64,000 bases of DNA from NCBI GenBank assembly GCA_005223125.1, contig NJBH01000003.1:96001-160000 (forward strand), written 5' to 3'. The stretch is from Promethearchaeota archaeon Loki_b32. GTDB lineage: Archaea > Asgardarchaeota > Lokiarchaeia > Sigyniarchaeales > SOKP01. A model generated the notes under the pieces. The model did no database searches. It was not told where the DNA came from and was given only the letters and a program-made list of their open reading frames with translations. This document shows positions 1 to 8,160 of the stretch, one piece after another; within the stretch, counting starts at the first letter, position 1; every line of letters starts with the position of its first letter. The position numbers and the translations under genes are program-made.

Positions 1-1289
1 TAAGAGTCTGGTAATTTCTTAATATTATCCAAATAAAATTCTTGAATTTCATCTATATCTGGTAATTCTATAATTAATTCACCATTCTTCATAATTGGAA
101 TTAATAACGCTTCGGAATTTGGAGGACTAGGCTCCTTCTCAAGTGATAACAAATCTTCTTTAAACATCCCATCTTTATCATAAATTCTGTACACTTGTTT
201 CTTTCCGGGATAAGTTATTTTCTCTTCGCTAACCTTGATTTTAGGATTATTATTATATTCTATTAATTTATATACTCCAGAAATACTAGGATCGTCTCTA
301 GACGTTGCTAATTCAGTCCCAACTCCAAAGGCATCAATAGGTACTCGCTTATCAATAATCTCTTTTATTTTATATTCATTTAAATCTGAACTGGCAACAA
401 TTAACACCTTCTTGCATCCATTATTGTCTAAGATCTTTCGAACTTTTTTAGCATGATCAATAAGATCCCCTGAATCTATTCTAACTCCTTTAATATTATT
501 TCCAAATTTACTAGATTTTTCAGCTCCTATTTCAGTATCATATGTGTCTATTAGAAAGATGGAATCATCTTCATATATTTTATAATATAAATTAAAACTG
601 TCCATCTCATCATCGAATTTTTGTACAAAACTATGAGCCATGGTGCCGGAAGAATTAATGCCTAGCTCAAGATCTGCAATTACATTACTCGTTCCATTAA
701 ACCCCGCGATATAACTTGCTCTGGCAGCATATACTCCTGCAAGTGGACTATGTGATCGTCTTGTACCAAATTCAAGAAGAACTTTATCTGAGGCTATATT
801 CTTAATTCTCGATGCTTTGGAGGCAACTAGTGTTTGATAATTAATTACATTAAGTAAATATGTTTCTACAATTTGAGCATGGAACATAGGTCCCGTTACT
901 CTCATTATTGGCTCATTTGGAAAGAAAAAATTTCCCTCCTTCATTGCCCAAACATCCAATTTAAACTTAAATTTTGGTAAGTACTCATCAAAAAAACTTA
1001 AATCGATATTTCGAAAAACTTCCTTCTTTCTTAAAAATTCAATTGTTTGTTCTGTAAATCTAGCATTTAATAAATAGTGGATTGCTTGTTCGAATCCAGC
1101 AAAAATTAAATAATTACGATTTTTAGGAAATTTTCTTATGAATAACTCAAATGTGGCAATATCGTTGCTTTCAGTAATATGGTTCTCAAGATTATATTGG
1201 TAATATGCTGCTCCCATTGTCAATTGATAAAAATCTGTAGCAAGAATCATATTCAAATCATTTATAAAACCAGAACTCGTACTATTCAT
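1..1289 (-). CDS. pncB: Nicotinate phosphoribosyltransferase (3' end runs off window)
   Basis: Not in the ORF track because it is truncated. Hand translation from ATG 1289: MNSTSSGFINDLNMILATDFYQLTMGAAY...ATFELFIRKFPKNRNYLIFAGFEQ; later LEFGTRRSH, GTMAHSFVQ, LIDTYD, GVRIDSGD. Confidence 0.93.
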   Translation of the reverse strand, partial: MNSTSSGFINDLNMILATDFYQLTMGAAYYQYNLENHITESNDIATFELFIRKFPKNRNYLIFAGFEQAIHYLLNARFTEQTIEFLRKKEVFRNIDLSFFDEYLPKFKFKLDVWAMKEGNFFFPNEPIMRVTGPMFHAQIVETYLLNVINYQTLVASKASRIKNIASDKVLLEFGTRRSHSPLAGVYAARASYIAGFNGTSNVIADLELGINSSGTMAHSFVQKFDDEMDSFNLYYKIYEDDSIFLIDTYDTEIGAEKSSKFGNNIKGVRIDSGDLIDHAKKVRKILDNNGCKKVLIVASSDLNEYKIKEIIDKRVPIDAFGVGTELATSRDDPSISGVYKLIEYNNNPKIKVSEEKITYPGKKQVYRIYDKDGMFKEDLLSLEKEPSPPNSEALLIPIMKNGELIIELPDIDEIQEFYLDNIKKLPDS

Positions 1290-1541
1290 CTTTTTCTCAC
1301 CAAAAATTTTCTCTAAGTATTTACTTTATTTTTTTGATTATAAACATTGTATTTTTAATCTAATTGAAATTAAAAATCTTCATGAATTGATAGGAAGAAT
1401 GGAGAACCATTTATTTTATAGTTTATTGATGAATCATATTATCAAAAGTAGGAAACGTAAGAAAATGTTTAAAATATAAGAAAATAATTTTGTATAAACA
1501 GTCTTTTTAATAAATAAATTAGTATTTGGTGTTAACAAAAA

Positions 1542-3278
1542 ATGTACCATTTAGACGATGATGAATATTTAAGTATACCATATTATCGAAAAACACGAAG
1601 TATTTGCCCAGAATGTTTACAACCAATTGATGCAGAAATCTACGAAGAAGATGATCAGATTTGGATGAAAAAATCATGTGAAGATCATGGTCCCTTTAGG
1701 GATAAACTTAGCTCGAGTGCGAAATATTATAAATGGACACATTGGGCCATAAGAGATAAGGATGGAAAGGTATTATGGAAATTTGATAAGGATGGAGACG
1801 CGAACCCACCTGATTGTGTTGGTGACGATCCTAGAGGTTGTCCTTATAATTGCGGGTTGTGCGACCAACATCTCTCAACATGTTCATTGGCATTAATAGA
1901 TTTAACTAATAGATGCAACTTCAATTGCAATTTCTGCTATGCTAATGTCCTCCAATCAGGTTATCTTGTGGAACCTACCTTAGAAGAAATCGATAGAATT
2001 ATGAAGCATTTTAGAAGTAAACCTATACCTGCTGTTGCTATCATGTTTACAGGTGGAGAACCAACTGTTAGAAAAGATTTCCCCGAAATTTGTAAGATGG
2101 CTAAAGATAATGGTTTCAAGGAAGTTATTGTAGCTACAAATGGGTATGGATTTCAGAAGAAAAAAGGTGGTCTCGAGTGGACTAAAAAGGTAAAGGAGGC
2201 GGGTTTAGACACATTATACTTCCAATTCGACGGTATAAACAATGCTACTTATGAAAAAACCAGAGGAATTAAAAATTTAATGTCCTATAAACAACGCGCA
2301 TTAGAAAATTGTCGTAAAGCAGGATTAGATTCTATTGTGTTGGTTGCTACAATCGCTAAAGGAATCACGGATATTGAGGTTGGAAATATCATTCAATATG
2401 CTATTGATAATGTGGATGTTATACGTGGTATAACATTTCAGCCAGTATCTTTATGTGGTCGAATAGCTTTTGAAGAACGAGAGGAACTTCGAATTACAAA
2501 CGCAGATGTTCTTAAAAAAATCGAGGAACAAACAGGCGGGAGGATTAGTATGGAAAACGCATGGTATCCTCTTTCGACTATAGTGGAATTTGGTCGAGTT
2601 GTAGCCTATTTAGCCGATGTTGAACCCATAGAGTTTACATGCCACCCCGATTGCGGTTTTGCTTCGTACTTAATAGTGGATCCGGATTCAGGGGAAATGG
2701 CACCAATAATGGATTATTTTGACCCCTTAAAAATAATTGATTTCGCAAATCGTTTTTGGGCTAAAATTAAACACAAAGAAAAAAAGCCACTTAAACTCTT
2801 TGAAGATTTATTAGGCGATTTTGGTAAAACTCTGGATAATGGTCTCAACTTTTTAGATAAGACACAACTACGTGCCCGTTTCCTTTTAGGTATATTACAA
2901 TACATGAAAAAACCAGGAAAGCTCATGGAAATGTTTACAAGACTTTTAATGCGTGGCGATTGGGAAAGTGTTAGCTCTTTTAGCTATGGAGCGTTGTTAC
3001 TCTCTAGTATGCATTTTCAGGATGCTTATAACATGGATCTTGAAAGAGCTAAGAGATGTATTGTGCATTTTGGTGTCGCTATGCCTGATGGAAGCGTAAA
3101 GGAGATTTCTTTCTGTACAATGAACTCAATCCACAGACCTATTATTGAAAAACAAATTGCCAAGCAAATTACAGCAAAAGTAAGGGATGAGTTTGATACT
3201 ACTACAGGTCAAACATTAGAAGAAATTGGACAAGCAGTAGCTCAAAATGGTGGAATTAAGAAAGAGGAGGGTGTCTAA
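1542..3278 (+). CDS. tes: Radical SAM tetraether lipid synthase (Tes / GDGT-MAS, MJ0619 family)
   Basis: N-terminal CPEC-x20-CEDHG, CPYNCGLCDQH, radical SAM motif CNFNCNFC, FTCHPDCG, MHFQDAYNMDLERAKRC and FCTMN. Confidence 0.88.
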   Translation: MYHLDDDEYLSIPYYRKTRSICPECLQPIDAEIYEEDDQIWMKKSCEDHGPFRDKLSSSAKYYKWTHWAIRDKDGKVLWKFDKDGDANPPDCVGDDPRGCPYNCGLCDQHLSTCSLALIDLTNRCNFNCNFCYANVLQSGYLVEPTLEEIDRIMKHFRSKPIPAVAIMFTGGEPTVRKDFPEICKMAKDNGFKEVIVATNGYGFQKKKGGLEWTKKVKEAGLDTLYFQFDGINNATYEKTRGIKNLMSYKQRALENCRKAGLDSIVLVATIAKGITDIEVGNIIQYAIDNVDVIRGITFQPVSLCGRIAFEEREELRITNADVLKKIEEQTGGRISMENAWYPLSTIVEFGRVVAYLADVEPIEFTCHPDCGFASYLIVDPDSGEMAPIMDYFDPLKIIDFANRFWAKIKHKEKKPLKLFEDLLGDFGKTLDNGLNFLDKTQLRARFLLGILQYMKKPGKLMEMFTRLLMRGDWESVSSFSYGALLLSSMHFQDAYNMDLERAKRCIVHFGVAMPDGSVKEISFCTMNSIHRPIIEKQIAKQITAKVRDEFDTTTGQTLEEIGQAVAQNGGIKKEEGV

Positions 3279-3566
3279 ATGTCAGAAGAATATGTGGAAG
3301 ATAAAGATGGGATGAAAATCCGTAAATTGGCAGAGTTAAAAACTGTTACAACTAAGGATTATGAAGAAGCTATGCTTAGACGTGTCGAGGAGTTTAAACA
3401 TGCCAAAGGACAAGACTCACAATTTAATGATATCCTTCAAAACACATTCTTTAAGGCGTTTAGTACCGTTTTAGATTTAAAACTCCAAGTTGATAAAACC
3501 CTTGGAGAAGAGAATCTAAAAAAGCTTCATAAAGCAATTGATGATATCCTTTTATTAGGACTCTAA
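3279..3566 (+). CDS. Hypothetical helical protein, abutting tes (TAAATG)
   Basis: 95-aa ORF starting directly after the tes stop, with GGAGG upstream. Confidence 0.75.
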   Translation: MSEEYVEDKDGMKIRKLAELKTVTTKDYEEAMLRRVEEFKHAKGQDSQFNDILQNTFFKAFSTVLDLKLQVDKTLGEENLKKLHKAIDDILLLGL

Positions 3567-3757
3567 TTTTATTTTATTTTATCTTTTTATTTTCAAGTTT
3601 TTAACAAATTTTTTGAACTAAATTTTTAGATTTGAAAATTGAAACTATATATTTTTCAAAAAGAAATTCTATTTCAATAATTTTTCATTGATTTTTATTA
3701 TACTCTAAAGAATTTTCCAAAAGATATTTTTGAGATTGAAATTTAATTAAGTTTATC

Positions 3758-4840
3758 ATGGTCTACCACATAATCACTTTACCTGTTTCAATTCTTTTTA
3801 TTATTTGCGGTGGTGGTTTATTTTGTTATGCGATTAAATTAAGAAAAAAATTTCCTGAATACCATAATTTTCTAAATAGTATTTGTACATTTATCCTTTG
3901 GATAATAGCCGGATTGTTATATCCAGTCTATTTTTCTACTAATAATCCAAATTTCAAATTCTTTCAATCCCTATCTATCTTTTTCATATGTATATTTACA
4001 CCTAGCTTAATAATCCTCATATTATTTTATCAATTACAGTTTGTTGTCAAAAAGGATCCAGAAATTAAGGAAAAAAGGAATATTAAAGTTTTTCTCGAGA
4101 GTTTTGATAAGAAGGACAAAGAATTAAATAGATCAAGATCATATGATTACAAAACTGATTTACACCGGAAGGCTTTACATTTATTTCCAGCGGGAATTAT
4201 TATCCTATTATGGATTTTCTCAGTATATATTTGGGACGGATTATGGAATGCTGATGAAATTTGGGGTATAAGTGGAGAGTATTATGGAAAGTTTTTAATT
4301 TTAACAGCCGGTTATTCAGGTATTTTAATTTTTGGTGCTCTAGATTATGTGAGACTTTCATTCATCTATGAGAATCGCAATCTATTTCATTTAATACCTG
4401 ATAGCGTTTTAAAATTATTAGGAAAAGCAATGAAACGAAGAGAAAATTATGAATTCATTAGGCCTACAGTTTTAGTATTATCATTTGCGACTATTTTTTT
4501 CTTTCCTTTTGGAGTATTTGCTGCTGCGGTCCTAATAGCTACAATTGGTGACGGGGCTGCCTCTGTTATTGGACTTCGATTTGGAAAAAGACATTTTCCA
4601 AAAACATCAGATAAAACCTTACTTGGATATATTGCTGGATTCTTAGCATCTTTTGGAATAAGTATTCTTATGTTGTGGATATTTGAGTCTCACTTGAGCT
4701 TGAATAAAATTATAATTGTTGCTACACTTGGAGCTATTACCTTTTTCATTATTGATATTTTGAATTTAAAGATTGATGATAATATATTAAATCCAATATT
4801 TTGTGCTTTAATTATGGGATTTTTATATTATTTTTTATGA
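3758..4840 (+). CDS. Dolichol/phytol kinase family (CTP-dependent polyprenol kinase) membrane protein
   Basis: DLHRKALHL, IGDGAASVIGLRFGK, KTLLGYIAG and DDNILNP motifs; multiple TM segments. Confidence 0.8.
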   Translation: MVYHIITLPVSILFIICGGGLFCYAIKLRKKFPEYHNFLNSICTFILWIIAGLLYPVYFSTNNPNFKFFQSLSIFFICIFTPSLIILILFYQLQFVVKKDPEIKEKRNIKVFLESFDKKDKELNRSRSYDYKTDLHRKALHLFPAGIIILLWIFSVYIWDGLWNADEIWGISGEYYGKFLILTAGYSGILIFGALDYVRLSFIYENRNLFHLIPDSVLKLLGKAMKRRENYEFIRPTVLVLSFATIFFFPFGVFAAAVLIATIGDGAASVIGLRFGKRHFPKTSDKTLLGYIAGFLASFGISILMLWIFESHLSLNKIIIVATLGAITFFIIDILNLKIDDNILNPIFCALIMGFLYYFL

Positions 4841-4909
4841 AATATCAAACTATAAAAATTTAAGTGAGTTCTATTTTGTTCTTCTTAAATAAATATTGGA
4901 GAAAATTAA

Positions 4910-5413
4910 ATGGCTCAATCGGAGGATAGTAAACTGTTTAGCTGTCCAAAATGCGGAACACAGGGTGCTATTATTTTTCTAAAAGCTGAGGGAAATAAAA
5001 TTATTGTAAAACAAAAATGCCCAAAGCATGGAGTGAGAAGTTTTAATATTCCTTTAATGCAAAAAAATCGTTTTATTCCTCATTTTCGTGATGGGGTTTT
5101 TCGGTGTTATCAATGCGGACAAGAAGCTACAGTTATAAGTTCAAAAGCATCAGGTCCTTGGATGTTAATAAAATGTGCTTGTCCAACTCATGGAAACAAA
5201 TTGCCTCTACAAAGAATTTGGAGTACTGTTTACACCGATATTTCTAATAAGGACGCCCCAGCACCACAATCAGTTCAACCACAATCAGTTCAACCACAAT
5301 CAGTTCAACCTCAACCTGCTCCAAGTGACGAAAAGAAGTTTTGTCCTAATTGTGGAACACCACTAAGTGGAACAGATAAACATTGCGACGCTTGTGGCTC
5401 AGAAATAAATTAA
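4910..5413 (+). CDS. Zinc-ribbon protein: two CxxC-x21-CPxHG modules plus a C-terminal double CxxC ribbon
   Basis: CPKC...CPKHG, CYQC...CPTHG, FCPNCG...HCDACG. Confidence 0.8.
   Translation: MAQSEDSKLFSCPKCGTQGAIIFLKAEGNKIIVKQKCPKHGVRSFNIPLMQKNRFIPHFRDGVFRCYQCGQEATVISSKASGPWMLIKCACPTHGNKLPLQRIWSTVYTDISNKDAPAPQSVQPQSVQPQSVQPQPAPSDEKKFCPNCGTPLSGTDKHCDACGSEIN
5264..5308 (+). repeat. Perfect 15-bp tandem repeat x3 (CCACAATCAGTTCAA) encoding a PQSVQ linker
   Basis: Read directly from the sequence. Confidence 0.95.
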
Positions 5414-5451
5414 ATTGAATATTTTTACTTTTTTATTATCTTTTTTTGAAA

Positions 5452-5811
5452 TTAAAAAAATGCATCCATCTTTTTAATTCCCTTTATTTCTTCATAAGTA
5501 ATACCTAGTGGATCTAAGACTTGCTCAAGAGCAGAAATAAGAAGGTCTCTATATTTTTTAATATCTATATCTTGGAGTTTAGCTAGTTCAAGTGCCCTTG
5601 CTCCAATGGATCCCTTACTCTTGATAAAACTTATTGTTTCACCATTTTGGAATTCTTTTCCAGTAGTATTTTTTAATTATAATGCAGCTTTTACATGTTG
5701 AGGAATAACTTTTGTGTAATTTTTAAGAGCCTTCTGTAAGCCAATGTTAATAGCATAATCTTCTAAAGTGAAAGTATTTGGTTTCCCTATCTTCTTTAGA
5801 TTATCTCTTAT
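5452..5811 (-). pseudogene. Orphan 3' fragment of family B DNA polymerase PolB1 (120 codons, no start, internal TAA at 5677-5679)
   Basis: Translates IRDNLKKIGKPNTFTLEDYAINIGLQKALKNYTKVIPQHVKAAL*LKNTTGKEFQNGETISFIKSKGSIGARALELAKLQDIDIKKYRDLLISALEQVLDPLGITYEEIKGIKKMDAFF; aligns without gaps to polB1 8550..8224. Confidence 0.93.
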
Positions 5812-5821
5812 AAAATAAAAT

Positions 5822-6832
5822 TTAATTTTTTTCAATAAAATCTAATAATGTTGGAGTTCTTTTTAATTCATAAATTTCTTCAATAAATCTTTTCAAATGA
5901 TTAACTAAATTTTTATATTTTATGATATAATTTCCTTGTTCTTCATTGTTAATTGCATAATTTAATTTTACAAACATTTCCATCGCGTCAATTACCCAAC
6001 TTCTTTTTGGAGCTACAAATTGCCTTTCATCATTCGCATGATAGTCCGAGAATTGAGTTCTTAGCCTTTCTGTTAAGTCATCGATATTCACTCGTATCTC
6101 GATTATTTTAATCCCTTTAGATTCCATAAATTCTTCCATTTGTGGATATTGATTAAAAATTCTCGTCCATAAAATTTCCATAGTATATGCAACATTCGGT
6201 TTTACATCATAAAACTTTATTGGATAACGAGGTATTACCTTATTTAATGGAACAAATACAATTGTGCGAAATTTTTCATCTAGATTAACGTCTGTCAAAT
6301 TTCCATATCCTTTTTCTAATGCTAAAGCATAATTGACACCGTAATCTCTATGAAAAGCAATTACAGCAAAATTTTTATTAAAAATCAGCTCCTTTTTCTG
6401 AGATAGATAATCACTTACATGAACTTTCATTCTATAGTGCGTCAAAAGTATGATATCAAAATTATCAATTAATTCATTCTCTGTTTTCCATCCTTTAAGA
6501 TCATCATCATATTTTTGTAATTGTTCAAAATCGTCTTTCCAATGTTCTCTATTTCTGGGAAATGATATTTTTGCTTCACTTAAAATACCATACTCTTCAT
6601 TTAATTGAAGAACCAAATCAGGTATAATTGTATTTTCAGGATTTATACGATTTACCTTTGAGGTATCCATCCTTCGGGCAATAAAACTATACGTATTAGA
6701 TTTGAAATCCATATTCTCATCATCCCATCTTATTACATGAGAAAAACAAATAATTGCTTCTAATGTTTGTTTATAATTATCTATATTCTCTAAGATTTTT
6801 TTAATTCCTCTATTAATTTTGTCTTCTGGCAT
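5822..6832 (-). CDS. Putative PD-(D/E)XK endonuclease, with possible C-terminal winged helix and PIP-like tail
   Basis: IIPDLVLQ...SEAKIS...EQLQKYDD matches the PD...ExK...QxxxY pattern; ends TPTLLDFIEKN. Confidence 0.65.
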   Translation of the reverse strand: MPEDKINRGIKKILENIDNYKQTLEAIICFSHVIRWDDENMDFKSNTYSFIARRMDTSKVNRINPENTIIPDLVLQLNEEYGILSEAKISFPRNREHWKDDFEQLQKYDDDLKGWKTENELIDNFDIILLTHYRMKVHVSDYLSQKKELIFNKNFAVIAFHRDYGVNYALALEKGYGNLTDVNLDEKFRTIVFVPLNKVIPRYPIKFYDVKPNVAYTMEILWTRIFNQYPQMEEFMESKGIKIIEIRVNIDDLTERLRTQFSDYHANDERQFVAPKRSWVIDAMEMFVKLNYAINNEEQGNYIIKYKNLVNHLKRFIEEIYELKRTPTLLDFIEKN

Positions 6833-6833
6833 T

Positions 6834-7955
6834 TTAAGAATAAAAGTCTTTAATAATTCCTTCTCGAAACCAAATAAATATAAAATTACATAATCTTACT
6901 AATGATGCATAAGTAGATCTCATTTGTGGAACAATTGTTATTTTATTATCAGAAAGAATCCAAATATCATAGGAAGAACCATCTCTAAAATCATTGAAAG
7001 AACAATGTAGATATGGATTTAGGTGATAAATAGAAAGAGATGAATATGTGATTTTTTGGAGTGCTTCAATTAATTTCTTATTTTGTTTTTTATCTTTAAA
7101 AACATCAATATTATATTTAATAACGACTGGTTTAGTTTTCAGATTTTCTTCTTTTGTACGTTCTCTATTGTCTAAGATTTTTATATCCGAAGTTACTTTT
7201 GAAATGATATCTCTGACTATATTATTATAAAAAAATCCAAACATTTTATTGCATCTAAAAAATGCATAACGAGAAATTTTACATTTCACATCACTATATA
7301 TATATTTCTTTCTATCATCTTCAAAAGGTTTAATCAAAGTAAATTCAATATAATTAATCCATTCATCATTTTCTCTAGCTTCTTGAAATAATTCTTCGAA
7401 AGGACGATCTGTAAACTTCACTTCTATCTCAAATTCTCGCCTAGCATATTCTTGGACAATTCTGGCTTGTTTTGATAAATGTCGTACTTGTATTTTGGAG
7501 TTTTCTAGTTTTTTCTCTAAATGATGCAGAATTTTTTCCAAATAATTCGAATCTAAAAAAAATCTAGAGATTTTAGGGTAAAATTTATCAAAAAAACTTA
7601 TTATATCATAATGAAAATTTCTATATTTTTCATGAGTGATAAGAATATAAATATTGGGTGTTTTATGTTTAAAAAGGATAAATCTACTAATTCTTGCTTT
7701 CTTACTACCTCTAATTATTTTTGTTAAATTAAATGAATAAATATTCTCTCCCAATTCCTTCTTTTTATATGTAAAATTTTTTAGATTTAAAGTTTCTAAG
7801 ATCTCAAAAATATCAAATTTTGAAGTCAGTATAAGAGTATAAAATTCTTCTCCTATATTTGATAAAATAGATGTTATAGTCTGAATTATTGAATTAATAT
7901 CTTTCTTTTCAATATCATAAAGCCAAGAAAGTGGATCTTCTCTTTTTTTTAACAT
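6834..7955 (-). CDS. Hypothetical protein, coupled to the downstream nuclease
   Basis: 373-aa ORF whose stop is 1 nt from the next ATG; no family recognised. Confidence 0.8.
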   Translation of the reverse strand: MLKKREDPLSWLYDIEKKDINSIIQTITSILSNIGEEFYTLILTSKFDIFEILETLNLKNFTYKKKELGENIYSFNLTKIIRGSKKARISRFILFKHKTPNIYILITHEKYRNFHYDIISFFDKFYPKISRFFLDSNYLEKILHHLEKKLENSKIQVRHLSKQARIVQEYARREFEIEVKFTDRPFEELFQEARENDEWINYIEFTLIKPFEDDRKKYIYSDVKCKISRYAFFRCNKMFGFFYNNIVRDIISKVTSDIKILDNRERTKEENLKTKPVVIKYNIDVFKDKKQNKKLIEALQKITYSSLSIYHLNPYLHCSFNDFRDGSSYDIWILSDNKITIVPQMRSTYASLVRLCNFIFIWFREGIIKDFYS

Positions 7956-8160
7956 TATTTACTATCTATAATAATTAGAATCAAAATATAAATTTTAATT
8001 TAAAGTCAATATTTATTATTTTTTTCATATTACTCCAAACTTAAATAAATATCTAGACTATTAGAGTTCTCTCATTTTTTAATGTATATTTGTCTTTACA
8101 CATTCTTATGATATTTAACTTGGATTTATTTAAATCTTTAATGATTATTTAAAAAATGAA

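Noticed and set aside
5677-5679. Stop in the orphan polB tail as a recoding site for an alternative C-terminus
   Set aside because: It is TAA at a Glu position, and the fragment has no start codon or visible splice/intein signals. A simple nonsense mutation is more parsimonious.
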